Source of the DNA: Candidatus Afararchaeum irisae
GTDB taxonomy: Archaea; Halobacteriota; Halobacteria; Halobacteriales; Afararchaeaceae
Length of the DNA stretch: 64,000 bases
Reading direction: 5' to 3'
Assembly: GCA_034190545.1 (NCBI GenBank)
Contig: JAXIOF010000002.1
Coordinates: 3,246 to 67,245, forward strand
The notes beneath the pieces were generated by a model. It made no database searches. It had not been told where the DNA came from and saw nothing but the letters and a program-made list of their open reading frames with translations. Each line of letters begins with the position of its first letter. The first letter of the stretch is position 1. Positions 35,342-45,289 of the stretch are shown here, one piece after another. The position numbers and the translations under genes were made by a program.

Positions 35342-36163
35342 CTAAGACAGCTTCTTCTTGGCTTCGGCGACTATCTCGTCTATGTCGGCGTCCTGGAGAT
35401 CCTCGTCGCCGAGTCGGAGACGCAGACGCGGTCTTCCTATGTCGATCGGCTCCTTCTCGGTGTCTATCAGACCTGCGTCCTCCAGCTCAGTCTTCTTACG
35501 TGAGAAGGTCGCCTTCGACGCGACGCCCGAGTCCTCTCCCCATTTCGAGATGTCATAGAGGAGTATCTTGTTCTTCGCCGCGACCAGGAGAGCGACTGTA
35601 ATCTCGTCGAGCCCCTCGCCGTCACCCTTCGCGGCGTCGAGTAGGTCGAGGACTCTCCTGAAGTCGTCCTCAGTCTCGTCGCCTATCTCGTCTCTCAGGC
35701 TCTGGCTCACGTCGCTCATCGGCGGAGTACGTATCTTGAACTCGTCTCCGTCCTCCCACATCGAGTCGAAGAGATCCGAGACTGCCTCGGCGAGTTCGTC
35801 GTTCTCGGCTGCGACGGTACCTATCGAGTCGTCGGTCTCTATGAAGCTGATAGTCTCTGTGTCGTCGAGTATAGCCACCGACCTCTCGACTGTGTCGTCA
35901 GTAGACAGTATCTCTAAGACTCCCTCCTTTATGAGGTCACTCGCGGCACTCGATATAAGGAAGTCACGCATAACCTCCTTGAGACTCTCCTCGTGGACGA
36001 GGACACGCATCCTCTCGATCTTGTCGCGCTCCTCGCTCGCGACCTCTATGTAGTCGCCCAGAACCCCAGGAGAGACCTGCAGAACGTCGAGACTGCCACC
36101 GCTTTCCTCTATGGATCTCCGTATAATGTCCCGTCCGTCGACACCTGTCAAGTTCGCTGTCAT
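35342..36163 (-). CDS. Putative winged-helix DNA-binding regulator (resembles haloarchaeal TbsP/DUF5821-type proteins; the name is uncertain)
   Basis: 273 aa, acidic. The C-terminal 'GVASKATFSRKKTELEDAGLIDTEKEPIDIGRPRLRLRL' looks like a wHTH recognition helix plus wing. Confidence 0.5.
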   Translation of the reverse strand: MTANLTGVDGRDIIRRSIEESGGSLDVLQVSPGVLGDYIEVASEERDKIERMRVLVHEESLKEVMRDFLISSAASDLIKEGVLEILSTDDTVERSVAILDDTETISFIETDDSIGTVAAENDELAEAVSDLFDSMWEDGDEFKIRTPPMSDVSQSLRDEIGDETEDDFRRVLDLLDAAKGDGEGLDEITVALLVAAKNKILLYDISKWGEDSGVASKATFSRKKTELEDAGLIDTEKEPIDIGRPRLRLRLGDEDLQDADIDEIVAEAKKKLS

Positions 36164-36239
36164 TCTGACTAAGTATATTGATAGGTCTATATTTAATTTG
36201 ACGGTCTGAGTCTGATAAATGAGGGATAACGAGGTAGTT

Positions 36240-36296
36240 GGAATACGTCAGTCTTAGATTGACTATAACACAGATCGGGGATCTGTGGAATACGTC
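36240..36296. repeat. Dispersed, degenerate copy of the double-hairpin module, bracketed by the direct repeat GGAATACGTC
   Basis: GGAATACGTC occurs at 36240-36249 and 36287-36296. Between the two copies lie AGTC-TTA-GATTGACT (a half-decayed hairpin A that shares GATTGAC with 31465-31471) and CACAGATC-GGG-GATCTGTG (36269-36287; compare CCAGATC-GAA-GATCT at 31531-31547). Confidence 0.55.
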
Positions 36297-36366
36297 GCCC
36301 GCCGACGCGTTGAAAGTCTCGGTTGGATCGGAGAAGACTTATGCTCGACAGTCCGTTTGGTTAGGT

Positions 36367-37611
36367 ATGGAACACATAGACGAGACCGACCCCGAGACGG
36401 CGGAGGCGATACGCGGAGAGATCGAGAGAGAGGAACGCGGTCTTGAGATGATCGCGAGCGAGAACATCGCCTCGAAGGCTGTGATGGAGGCACAGGGCTC
36501 TGTAATGACCAACAAGTACGCCGAGGGGTATCCCGGGGAGAGGTACTACGGCGGCTGTGAATACATGGACGAGGTCGAGAATCTCGCGAGAGACCGCGCG
36601 AAGGAGATCTTCGGAGCCGACCACGTCAACGTACAGCCACACTCGGGGACACAGGCTAACATGGCAGTCTACTTCTCTGTCCTCGAGCCCGGCGACAGGA
36701 TACTCGGAATGGATCTCACACACGGAGGACATCTCTCCCACGGACATCCCGCCAACTTCTCGGGAAAGCTCTACGACGTAGAGAGCTACGAGGTCGACGA
36801 GGAGACGGGACGTATAGACTACGACGACCTGAGAGAGCACGCCGAGGAGTTCGACCCCGACATAATCGTATCGGGAGCGAGTGCGTATCCCCGTGAGATA
36901 GAGTTCGACACTATAGGAGAGATAGCCGACGACGTCGACGCCTACCATCTCGCCGACATAGCACATATAGCCGGATTAGTCGCCTCCGACGTTCATCAGA
37001 GTCCTGTTGAGCACGCCGAGTTCGTGACGACGACGACACACAAGACACTCCGTGGTCCGAGAGGCGGAATGATAATGTGTGACGAAGAGTTCGCAGACGA
37101 CATAGACACGACTGTCTTCCCCGGAGTCCAGGGAGGACCCCTGATGCATGTCGTAGCCGCTAAGGCTGTCTCGTTCAAGGAGGCACTCACAGACGACTTC
37201 GACGAGTACCAGGAGGCGATCGCCGAGAACGCACGTGTCCTCGGTGAGACACTCCAGGACGAGGGATGGAACCTCGTGAGCGGCGGAACCGACAACCATC
37301 TCGTCCTGATGGATCTACGTGGTACCGGAATTACCGGAAAGGAGGCGGAGGAAGCGCTCGAAGACGTCGATATCACAGTCAACAAGAACACCATACCCGG
37401 CGAGGAGAGAGCCCCGACGGTCGCCTCGGGAATACGTATAGGTGCTCCCGCGCCGACGACACGTGGTCTGAGAGCCGACGAGTTCGAGAAGGTAGGACGT
37501 CTCATCTCACGTGTCCTCAATAACACCGACGACGACGAGGTCAAGGCGGAGGTCAGAGAGGAGGTAAACAGTCTGTGTGACGAGTTCCCGATCTATCCCG
37601 TACTGAACTAA
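36367..37611 (+). CDS. glyA: Serine hydroxymethyltransferase
   Basis: '[11 protein letters not shown]', '[17 protein letters not shown]' and '[14 protein letters not shown]' (the PLP lysine). I set the start at the ATG at 36367 ([10 protein letters not shown]...). The track's upstream extension is non-homologous and covers the repeat at 36240-36296. Confidence 0.9.
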   Translation: MEHIDETDPETAEAIRGEIEREERGLEMIASENIASKAVMEAQGSVMTNKYAEGYPGERYYGGCEYMDEVENLARDRAKEIFGADHVNVQPHSGTQANMAVYFSVLEPGDRILGMDLTHGGHLSHGHPANFSGKLYDVESYEVDEETGRIDYDDLREHAEEFDPDIIVSGASAYPREIEFDTIGEIADDVDAYHLADIAHIAGLVASDVHQSPVEHAEFVTTTTHKTLRGPRGGMIMCDEEFADDIDTTVFPGVQGGPLMHVVAAKAVSFKEALTDDFDEYQEAIAENARVLGETLQDEGWNLVSGGTDNHLVLMDLRGTGITGKEAEEALEDVDITVNKNTIPGEERAPTVASGIRIGAPAPTTRGLRADEFEKVGRLISRVLNNTDDDEVKAEVREEVNSLCDEFPIYPVLN

Positions 37612-38714
37612 ATCTTAATCTCCTCACAGACACGACGGAAGATTTCTTTTTCGGCTTCGTTCTCATTCTCATTCTCGTTGTACGCCTCGATCTGACGCTG
37701 TGCCCCCGACTCCTCTATGAGACTCTCGGCGAGACTTAGTTTCTGACCCTCAAGACTGCCGACCACGTCATCGAAGAGGTCTTCGAGTTCGACTACTCCG
37801 GTCTCTGTCTCTCCCTCTCCCGTACGCAGGAAAGTGGCGTCGTGTCCGTGTCTCAGGGCGCGCCATTTGTTCTCGTCGAGTATCTCACGCCTGACGTCGG
37901 TGTGACCGCCCCTGTCGCAGTCCGAGTACAGATCGAGGACGAGTGCACGTGTCAGAGCCACGAATCCGACGACCCTCTCGATACTCGTCTGTGAGTCGGG
38001 CGAACGTATCTCGACTGTGCCGTACCTCGTGTTGGGACGTACGTCCCACCAGATCTCTCCTCTGTCCTTTATCGATCCTTCCTCGACCATCCTCTTCTCG
38101 AAAGACCTAAAGTCGCGCCACGAGTCGAATGCGGTCGGAATACCCGTGTTAGGAAGATTCTCGAAGACGACCGCCCTCGCACTTCTCAGACCCGTCTCGT
38201 ATCCCTGCCAGAAAGGAGAGTTGGCTCCGAGAGCGAGGTACATCGGAAGATAACGCCGGATCTCGTTGGCTATACAGACCGCGGTGTCGGCGTCGTCTAC
38301 GCCTATGTGGACGTGGAGACCCGCCGTCATGTTCCTGTGCTGAGGATAGCCTATACGTTCGAGCTGTTTGGTGTAACGCGGCTTCTGTATCTGTTCGTTC
38401 TCGATCCATTTCGCCGAGGGATGGAGACCCGCAGCGAGAACCTCGTAGCCGTAAGACCGGACGTACGACTTGAGTGCCTCCCTCTTCTCGGCGACCTGGT
38501 CACGTGCGTCTCCGACTGAGGTCGCCGTGTCGGTCGTGGTTTCGAGGACGAACTTGAACAGCTCTGTGTCTAGATGATCCTGAAGCTCGCGTGGAGGGTC
38601 TTCTAGAAGACTGTCGGAGGCAGCCACGGGTTCGAGAGTCTCGGAGTCGACGACGTAGAACTCCTCCTCGACCCCTATCGTGCCTAACGTGTCGAACCTT
38701 TCCCTCTCTTTCAT
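37608..38714 (-). CDS. Glutamate-cysteine ligase family 2 (GCS2/YbdK-like; gamma-glutamylcysteine synthetase type)
   Basis: '[14 protein letters not shown]', 'HVHIGVDD' and '[11 protein letters not shown]' are the carboxylate-amine ligase (GCS2) motifs. Its end converges on and overlaps glyA by 4 nt. Confidence 0.8.
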   Translation of the reverse strand: MKERERFDTLGTIGVEEEFYVVDSETLEPVAASDSLLEDPPRELQDHLDTELFKFVLETTTDTATSVGDARDQVAEKREALKSYVRSYGYEVLAAGLHPSAKWIENEQIQKPRYTKQLERIGYPQHRNMTAGLHVHIGVDDADTAVCIANEIRRYLPMYLALGANSPFWQGYETGLRSARAVVFENLPNTGIPTAFDSWRDFRSFEKRMVEEGSIKDRGEIWWDVRPNTRYGTVEIRSPDSQTSIERVVGFVALTRALVLDLYSDCDRGGHTDVRREILDENKWRALRHGHDATFLRTGEGETETGVVELEDLFDDVVGSLEGQKLSLAESLIEESGAQRQIEAYNENENENEAEKEIFRRVCEEIKI

Positions 38715-38781
38715 CCGACTCTCGCCTCTGTGTATTTGCTTGGAAAATCAGATATAAAAGTGAATCTAACTGTCGGTGTCT

Positions 38782-39546
38782 CTAAGCCGCGGCTTCCTCA
38801 CGTATCCAGTCGTAGCCCTCGTCCTCGAGCTTCTCGGCTAGCTCGTGTCCTCCCTTCTTAGCCACCTCTCCGTCGAGCATCACGGCGACGCGGTCGGGCT
38901 CGACGTAGTCGAGTATCCTCTGGTAATGAGTGATGAGGAGAGTACCCATCGAGTCGTCGCCCTGTGTGAGTTCGTTGATGCCCTTAGCGACTATCTTGAG
39001 TGCGTCGATGTCGAGACCCGAGTCGACCTCGTCTATCAGAGCGATCTCGGGGTTGAGAACCGCCATCTGGAGGACTTCCATTCTCTTCTTCTCTCCTCCC
39101 GAGAAACCCTCGTTTATCGACCTGTTCATGAAGTCGGAGTCGATCTCGAGTATCTCCATCTTCTCCTCGAGCATATCCTGGAACTCCGCGGGTCCTATTT
39201 CGTCTTCCTCGTCCCTACCGGCGTTTACCGCGGTACGCAGGAAGTTACTCACCGTCACACCCGTTATCTCCTTGGGATACTGGAAGGCGAGGAAGAGACC
39301 GAGACGTGCCCTCTCGTCGGGCTCCATCTCAAGTATGTTCTCTCCCTTGAGGTAGGCTTCGCCCTCGGTGACCTCGTAAGCCGGATGTCCCATGAGTACC
39401 TTCGCGAGAGTCGACTTTCCGCTTCCGTTGGGACCCATCATGGCGACGACCTCACCCTTCTCTATCGTGATGTCGACTCCGTTGAGTATCTTTTCTCCGT
39501 CAGCCTCTACGTGTAAGTTGTTTACTTCGAGTTGTGTCTGTGTCAT
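38782..39546 (-). CDS. sufC: Fe-S cluster assembly ATPase SufC
   Basis: 'MGPNGSGKSTL' Walker A, 'FSGGEKKR' ABC signature, 'LIDEVDSGLD' Walker B. About 250 aa. Confidence 0.95.
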   Translation of the reverse strand: MTQTQLEVNNLHVEADGEKILNGVDITIEKGEVVAMMGPNGSGKSTLAKVLMGHPAYEVTEGEAYLKGENILEMEPDERARLGLFLAFQYPKEITGVTVSNFLRTAVNAGRDEEDEIGPAEFQDMLEEKMEILEIDSDFMNRSINEGFSGGEKKRMEVLQMAVLNPEIALIDEVDSGLDIDALKIVAKGINELTQGDDSMGTLLITHYQRILDYVEPDRVAVMLDGEVAKKGGHELAEKLEDEGYDWIREEAAA

Positions 39547-39591
39547 TGTTGATCTTATCTTAACTTAACTTAAGCTACCTGTCTAACTATG

Positions 39592-39975
39592 CTATGTCTC
39601 TGCCTCGTACTCTGCTACACCGCCTTCGAGAACCTTGAGACCTAAGACCGCACATTTCACCCTCATCGGATTTAGCTCTATGCCGAGCATATCCATTATG
39701 TAGTCGCGGTCGAGGTCTTTGACCTCGTCGAGTGTCATTCCCTTGATCTCGTCGGTGAGCATCGACGCGCTCGCCTGGCTGATCGCACAGCCCTCTCCCT
39801 TGAACTTCGCGTCTACTATCTCGCCGTCCTCGTCTAGCTCGACGTAGACGTCTATCTCGTCGCCACACGACGGGTTGACGTCCTCGTACTCTATGTCGGG
39901 GTTCTCGATCTCGCCGTAGTTGTGGGGATTCCTGTAATGGTCGAGTATGTTCTGCTTGTACATGTCGCGGCTCAT
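39592..39975 (-). CDS. sufU: SufU/IscU-type Fe-S scaffold or sulfur-transfer protein
   Basis: 'ILDHYRNPHNYG', 'NPSCGDEI', 'GEGCAISQASASM' and 'RVKCAVL' are NifU-N/SufU motifs. Confidence 0.85.
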   Translation of the reverse strand: MSRDMYKQNILDHYRNPHNYGEIENPDIEYEDVNPSCGDEIDVYVELDEDGEIVDAKFKGEGCAISQASASMLTDEIKGMTLDEVKDLDRDYIMDMLGIELNPMRVKCAVLGLKVLEGGVAEYEAET

Positions 39976-41222
39976 GCTCCGAACACCTCCTTGACGTCTT
40001 CGAGTGCCTCTACGAATCTGTCCGCCTCCTCACGTGTGTTGTAGAGGTAGAACGACGCACGTGCTGTCGCCGCTACATCTAACTGATCCATAACGGGCTG
40101 TACGCAGTGGTGTCCCGCTCTGACGGCGACTCCCGAGTCGTTGAGTATGTCGCTCGTGTCGTGAGCGTGTGCGCCCTCGACGTTGAACGAGACGACTCCT
40201 CCTCTCTCCTCGTAGTTGGAAGACGGACCGTATACCTCGACACCGTCGACCTCTTCGAGTCTTTCGACCGTGTACTCCGCGAGCATCTTCTCGTGTTCGT
40301 GTATGTTCTCCATGCCTATATCTTCGAGGTACTCTACGGCTCTCCCGAGACCTATCCCCTCGGCGACGTTCGGTGTTCCCGCCTCGAACTTCCACGGAAT
40401 CTCCGCCCACGTCGCTTCCTCACGTGTGACCTTCTTTATCATCTCTCCGCCGTACTCGAACGGCGATGTCTCTTCGAGGACTTCCTTCGAGCCGTATAGG
40501 ACTCCGCTTCCCGTCGGTCCACACATCTTGTGTCCGCTGAAGGCGAGGAAGTCACAGCCTATCTCTCCGACGTCTACGGGCATATGAGGGACGCTCTGGG
40601 CGGCATCTACGAGACACCGTGCGCCGACTTCGTGGGCGCGGTCACAGATCTCCTCGACCGGCGTGACCGTGCCGAAGACATTCGACATATGGATCACCGA
40701 GACCATCGCGGCGTCCTCGGTGATCTTCGTCTCTATCTCGCCCTCCTCTATGAAGCCGTGGTCGTCGGTTTCGAGAAAGACTAGGTCTGCACCCGTGCGT
40801 TCAGCGATCTGTTGCCACGGGAGGAGACCCGAGTGGTGTTCCATCCCCGTGAGGACGACCTCGTCGCCCTCGCCGAGGTTATCGAGACCCCAGCCGTATG
40901 CTACTGTGTTGATCGCCTCCGTCGTGTTCGAGGTGAAGACGATTTCGTCGCTCGACGCGCCTATGAAGTCTGCGACCTTGTCGTGAGCCGTCTCGTAGGC
41001 TATGCTAGCCTCCTGGCTCATCTCGTGGAGACCCCTGTGTACGTTGGCGTTGTACCTCTCGTAGTACTCGTTCATCGCGTCGACGACCTGAGTCGGGGTC
41101 TGTGAGGTCGCTGCGTTGTCGAGGTAGACGAGTCTCTCCCCGTTGACCTCACGTCTGAGCGCGGGGAAGTCTCTCCGTACCTCCTCGACGTCTATCGGGC
41201 TAGGGCACTCCTCGGCAGTCAT
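39972..41222 (-). CDS. sufS: Cysteine desulfurase SufS (class V aminotransferase, group II)
   Basis: 'YLDNAATSQ', 'FSGHKMCGPTGSGVLY' (the PLP lysine), 'RAGHHCVQP' (the catalytic Cys loop) and 'ARASFYLYNT'. Confidence 0.9.
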   Translation of the reverse strand: MTAEECPSPIDVEEVRRDFPALRREVNGERLVYLDNAATSQTPTQVVDAMNEYYERYNANVHRGLHEMSQEASIAYETAHDKVADFIGASSDEIVFTSNTTEAINTVAYGWGLDNLGEGDEVVLTGMEHHSGLLPWQQIAERTGADLVFLETDDHGFIEEGEIETKITEDAAMVSVIHMSNVFGTVTPVEEICDRAHEVGARCLVDAAQSVPHMPVDVGEIGCDFLAFSGHKMCGPTGSGVLYGSKEVLEETSPFEYGGEMIKKVTREEATWAEIPWKFEAGTPNVAEGIGLGRAVEYLEDIGMENIHEHEKMLAEYTVERLEEVDGVEVYGPSSNYEERGGVVSFNVEGAHAHDTSDILNDSGVAVRAGHHCVQPVMDQLDVAATARASFYLYNTREEADRFVEALEDVKEVFGA

Positions 41223-41227
41223 CTCTA

Positions 41228-42445
41228 TTATATTTCCATCTTACGTTCGACTATCTCGCGGCAGTCGTCCTCTAACTCCTCGAGAGGGAGCTCTCCGAAG
41301 ACGGGCTCGAAGAATCCCTCGACTATCCTGCGTCTAACGCTCTCCTCGTCGAGACCCCGCGACCTCATGTAGAACATCTCCTCATCGTCTATCTTACCGA
41401 CTGTTGCGGCGTGAGAGCACTTGACGTCGTTGTTGTCGATCTCGAGACGCGGCGACGCGTCAGCCTCCGCCTTGTCACTCACGAGTAGGACGTTCTCCGT
41501 CTGGTAGGCGTCGACGTTGTAGGCGGGCTCGGAGACCTCTATTGTGCCCTCGTAGGCACCCACCGCCTCGTCGTCTAAGACTCCTCTCGTGAACATGTCA
41601 CAGACGGAGTTGGGAGCGTCGTGGCGTGTACGTGTCTCTACGTCGAAGTGCTGGTCTCCCGTGCCGAAGAAGAGACCCAGGTTCTCGGTGTCGGCTCCCT
41701 CTCCCTCTATCACCGTGCTCACCGTCGACTTCGTGAGAGCGGTTCCGAAACAGCCGTCTATCCAGTTGACACTCGCGTCTCTTCCTGCGGTTCCTCTCTT
41801 GACCGTGTACTGGTACGAGTCCTCGGAGAGATCCTGTACGGCTCCGTAGTTGACCTCGGCCCCGTCTCCTGCGTGTACCTCGACGATGTTCGAGAAGTAC
41901 GACTCGTCTCCTCCCTCGATACTCTCGGAGACGTTGACCTTGGCGTTATCCTCGACGACGACGAGTGTGTGACTGAACTGTACACTGTCGTCCACGACGG
42001 TCTGGGTCGATAGAGTCTCGTCGACCTCAACACCCTCGGGAACGTAGACGAAGACACCGTCGGTAACTGCTGCGGCGTGTATAGCAGTGAAGCGGTTGTC
42101 GTCCCATCTCACAGCCTTGTTCATCAGGTTCTCACGTACGAGATCCTCGTGTTCTTCGACTGCTGTCGCGAAGTCGGTGAGGACGACTCCCTCGGGCAGA
42201 TCGGCTTCGTTAGTCTCGATCTGCCTCTGGGTCGTACCCTCTCCCTTAGCGAGCGACCTCGCTGTTAGCTCTCCTAAGTCAGTCCAGACCTTTCCGGGTG
42301 TGGTTATGACCTTCGGGAACGGGAGGTCTTCGTACGACTCCCATGCTTCGAGTCTTCTGTTCGTGAGCCAGTCGGGCTCGTCTCTCGACTCGGAGACCTC
42401 AAGTACGTGGTCTCGGTCGAGCTTCTGTTGGGGTTCTGCGCTCAT
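41228..42445 (-). CDS. sufD: Fe-S cluster assembly protein SufD
   Basis: 405 aa with a beta-helix-like repeat region and a C-terminal '...VKCSHAATVGKIDDEEMFYMRSRGL...A..RIVEGF' SufB/D block. Confidence 0.85.
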   Translation of the reverse strand: MSAEPQQKLDRDHVLEVSESRDEPDWLTNRRLEAWESYEDLPFPKVITTPGKVWTDLGELTARSLAKGEGTTQRQIETNEADLPEGVVLTDFATAVEEHEDLVRENLMNKAVRWDDNRFTAIHAAAVTDGVFVYVPEGVEVDETLSTQTVVDDSVQFSHTLVVVEDNAKVNVSESIEGGDESYFSNIVEVHAGDGAEVNYGAVQDLSEDSYQYTVKRGTAGRDASVNWIDGCFGTALTKSTVSTVIEGEGADTENLGLFFGTGDQHFDVETRTRHDAPNSVCDMFTRGVLDDEAVGAYEGTIEVSEPAYNVDAYQTENVLLVSDKAEADASPRLEIDNNDVKCSHAATVGKIDDEEMFYMRSRGLDEESVRRRIVEGFFEPVFGELPLEELEDDCREIVERKMEI

Positions 42446-42491
42446 TGTCTTTGTCTTGTGGTGTGGTTACGTCGTTTTAAAATACAGCTAT

Positions 42492-43904
42492 CTATCCGAG
42501 TGATCCTTCCATCTCGAGCTCTATGAGACGGTTTAGCTCGACGGCGTACTCAAGAGGTAGCTCGTCGGTTATGGGCTCTATGAAGCCCGAGACGACCATC
42601 TGCATAGCCTCGTCGTCCTCTATTCCGCGTGACTGGAGGTAGAATATGTCCTCGTCTCCTATGCTTCCGACAGTCGCCTCGTGTGCCATGTCGACGTCCG
42701 ACTCGTTGATCTCCTCGTAAGGCATCGTGTCGCTCACCGACTCGTCGTCGAGCATCAGTGCGTCACAGTCGACGCTCGATTTGACGCCCTTCGCTCCCTC
42801 GGAGACACGTACGAGTCCCCTGTAGTTCGTCCTTCCGCCGTCCATCGATATCGACTTCGACTCTATCGTCGACGACGTGTCGGGCGCGAGGTGTGAGACC
42901 TTAGCTCCCGTGTCTATATCCTGTCCCTCTCCCGCGAAGGCGACCGAGATCTGACGCGCGTTGGCGTTTCTTCCCTTGAGAACCGACATCGGGTAGAGCA
43001 TCGTCGTCTTCGATCCCATCGATCCCGATATCCACTCCATTGTTCCGTTCTCCTCGACGAGTGCGCGTTTCGTGTTGAGGTTGTAGGTGTTCTTGCTCCA
43101 GTTCTGAACTGTCGAGTACTTGACACGTGCGTTCTCCTCGACAAAGACCTCGACACATCCCGCGTGGAGGTTGTGGCTGGTGTACTGGGGAGCCGAACAT
43201 CCCTCTATGTAATGTACCTCAGCACCTTCCTCGGCGATTATGAGGGTGTGCTCGAACTGTCCCATCCCCTCGGTGTTCATACGGAAGTACGCCTGTATAG
43301 GCATCTCGACAGTGACTCCCTCGGGTACATAGACGAACGACCCACCCGAGTGTACCGCGCCGTGGAGAGCGGCGAACTTGTTGTCAGACGGAGGAACCGA
43401 CTTCGTCATGAAGTACTCCTTCACGAGATCCTCGTGCTCCTGTATCGCTGTGTCTATGTCGGTGAAGACGACTCCCTTCGACTCCCACTGCTCCTTCATG
43501 TTCTGGTAGACGACCTCCGACTCGTACTGGGCACCGACGCCGCCGAGTGCCTTCTGTTCCGCCTCGGGAATACCGAGCTTGTCGAAGGTGTCCTTTATGT
43601 CGTCGGGAACCTCGTCCCAGTCCTGTTCCGCTTCCGACTCGTCGGCGCGGAGGTAGGTCACTATCTCGTCTATACGGAGATCCGACAGGTCGGGACCCCA
43701 GTCGGGCATCGGCATCTCCTTGAAATGCTCGAGCGCGTTGAGACGTCTCTCAAGCATCCAGTCGGGCTCGTCTTTCTCCTCCGAGATCTCACGTATTATC
43801 TCCTCCGATAGACCCTTCTCGCTCTTGTACTCCGACCTCTCGGGGTTGCGGTGGTCGAACCTCTCCCTCTGGGCTTTTTCTAACTCTCTTGTGTCTGAAC
43901 TCAT
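42492..43904 (-). CDS. sufB: Fe-S cluster assembly protein SufB
   Basis: 470 aa. 'HTLIIAEEGAEVHYIEGCSAP', 'MAHEATVGSIGDEDIFYLQSRGI' and 'MEGSLG' at the C-terminus are typical of SufB. Confidence 0.95.
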   Translation of the reverse strand: MSSDTRELEKAQRERFDHRNPERSEYKSEKGLSEEIIREISEEKDEPDWMLERRLNALEHFKEMPMPDWGPDLSDLRIDEIVTYLRADESEAEQDWDEVPDDIKDTFDKLGIPEAEQKALGGVGAQYESEVVYQNMKEQWESKGVVFTDIDTAIQEHEDLVKEYFMTKSVPPSDNKFAALHGAVHSGGSFVYVPEGVTVEMPIQAYFRMNTEGMGQFEHTLIIAEEGAEVHYIEGCSAPQYTSHNLHAGCVEVFVEENARVKYSTVQNWSKNTYNLNTKRALVEENGTMEWISGSMGSKTTMLYPMSVLKGRNANARQISVAFAGEGQDIDTGAKVSHLAPDTSSTIESKSISMDGGRTNYRGLVRVSEGAKGVKSSVDCDALMLDDESVSDTMPYEEINESDVDMAHEATVGSIGDEDIFYLQSRGIEDDEAMQMVVSGFIEPITDELPLEYAVELNRLIELEMEGSLG

Positions 43905-43924
43905 GTTATCACTCTGGAGAACTT

Positions 43925-43941
43925 ACTACTTTGAAAGTAGT
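43925..43941. promoter_or_regulatory. Inverted repeat ACTACTTT-G-AAAGTAGT upstream of sufB, candidate operator
   Basis: 8+1+8 palindrome lying 21-37 nt upstream of the sufB ATG (43902-43904), in the only sizeable non-coding gap before the suf operon. Confidence 0.35.
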
Positions 43942-44060
43942 CTGTCTTCCGCTTAAGTCTTACGTGTTGGGGCTTGTCTAAAGGGCTTTCTCTTCTCTCC
44001 GACCCTGACGGAGAGACGGGCATACTCTCTGTCCGACAGTAATAATACTCGCCGCGACTT

Positions 44061-44495
44061 ATGTCAGGTATGAGAGCCGATGTCATAGGTGTCGACAGCC
44101 ACGACCCGGGGGACTACTGTGTTATACTCAGAGTCGAAGACGACCGAGCCGTGGCGGTTCCCGTCGAAGCCAGACACGCACAGTCGATCCGTCTCGGTCT
44201 CGACAACACGAGGTTCGGAAGACCCCTTACACACGACCTTCTTATCGAGGTTCTGACTGAGATGGGAGGCGCGGTCGACTCCGCCGAGATATACGCCTAC
44301 GACGAGGAAAGAGACGAGTTCTACGCGCGTCTTAAAACTGAGTCTTACCGTGGCGGCGACCGACGCGACGAGATCCCCTACGACTGCGATCCTGGGGACG
44401 CCGTCGGAGTCGCTCTCAAGTCGAGCGCGCCCATACGAGTCTCAGAAGACGTAGTCGAAGAAGCTCCTGCCCCGGAGTCGGAGACGGGATGGTGA
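44061..44495 (+). CDS. Bifunctional nuclease family protein (DUF151/BFN)
   Basis: 'VILRVEDDRAVAVPVEARHAQSIRLGL....RPLTHDLLIEVL' matches the DUF151 core. Confidence 0.75.
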   Translation: MSGMRADVIGVDSHDPGDYCVILRVEDDRAVAVPVEARHAQSIRLGLDNTRFGRPLTHDLLIEVLTEMGGAVDSAEIYAYDEERDEFYARLKTESYRGGDRRDEIPYDCDPGDAVGVALKSSAPIRVSEDVVEEAPAPESETGW

Positions 44496-45235
44496 GGAAA
44501 ACCGAGTCGGTCTCTGACCTCCTCGATCTCGAACGTCCCCCCGAGGACACACCTCTCCGTTCGCCTCGCGTCGAGTCGTACAGCTGGGAGACCTTCAAGA
44601 CTACGACGCGTAAGACGGCTAACCTGATTGCTGGCTTGGGTGTCCGACGGGGACACTCCGTCTCATTCTCGCCCGCGAACCAACCCGAGTCTGTCTTCTT
44701 CTTCCTCGGTGCCTCACTACTCGGAGCCGAGGTCACGGCTGGTCTCGATGACGATGTCTCTCCCGAACTCGTCTTCGGACCTACGCCGACTGTCGAGAGA
44801 CTCGGTCTCGGTACGAGAGGTATCTCTTACGGCGAGAAGCCCGACGATCCGCGTCTGACCCATTACGAGAGGGAGATATGGGGTGAGAGTCCCCTGTTCC
44901 CGCCTGACAGGACTAGCAGCCCCGAAGACGTCGTCCTAGTCGACGGCTCCGACGAGTACAGACAGAGCCAGCTCTTCGAAGCAGCCGAGACTGTAGCCGA
45001 TGAAGCCGGAATCCACGACTACGACGAGGCTGTGGTCGGCTCAGTCTCCGAACCCAGAGATATAGTTGCCGGGGTTCTGGCTCCACTCGTCGCCGAAACC
45101 ACGGTAACACTCCGCGGCGACGCGAGCCGAGGGACTGACACAGACACTGACGCTGACACGGATTCGGACGCTGTTCTACTCCGCCGAGGCGACACACAGA
45201 AGACTCTCCGGGTAGGCTCGGTCTCTATAAAATAG
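44489..45235 (+). CDS. Hypothetical protein with an acyl-CoA-synthetase-like (ANL) N-terminal segment
   Basis: 'SWETFKTTTRKTANLIAGLGVRRGHSVSFSPANQPESVFFFLGASLLGAEV' resembles the start of AMP-binding enzymes, but the ORF is only 248 aa. It carries a DTDTDADTDSD repeat near the C-terminus. Confidence 0.4.
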   Translation: MVRKTESVSDLLDLERPPEDTPLRSPRVESYSWETFKTTTRKTANLIAGLGVRRGHSVSFSPANQPESVFFFLGASLLGAEVTAGLDDDVSPELVFGPTPTVERLGLGTRGISYGEKPDDPRLTHYEREIWGESPLFPPDRTSSPEDVVLVDGSDEYRQSQLFEAAETVADEAGIHDYDEAVVGSVSEPRDIVAGVLAPLVAETTVTLRGDASRGTDTDTDADTDSDAVLLRRGDTQKTLRVGSVSIK

Positions 45236-45254
45236 GAACGAAGCTGTCTGTCTG

Positions 45255-45289
45255 TTACTTTACTTTACTCTACTCTACTCTACTTTACT
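45255..45289. repeat. Pentanucleotide tandem repeat (TTACT)3(CTACT)3(TTACT)1
   Basis: Read directly from the sequence. It lies between convergent genes, and its last unit supplies the stop codon of the cold-shock gene. Confidence 0.9.
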
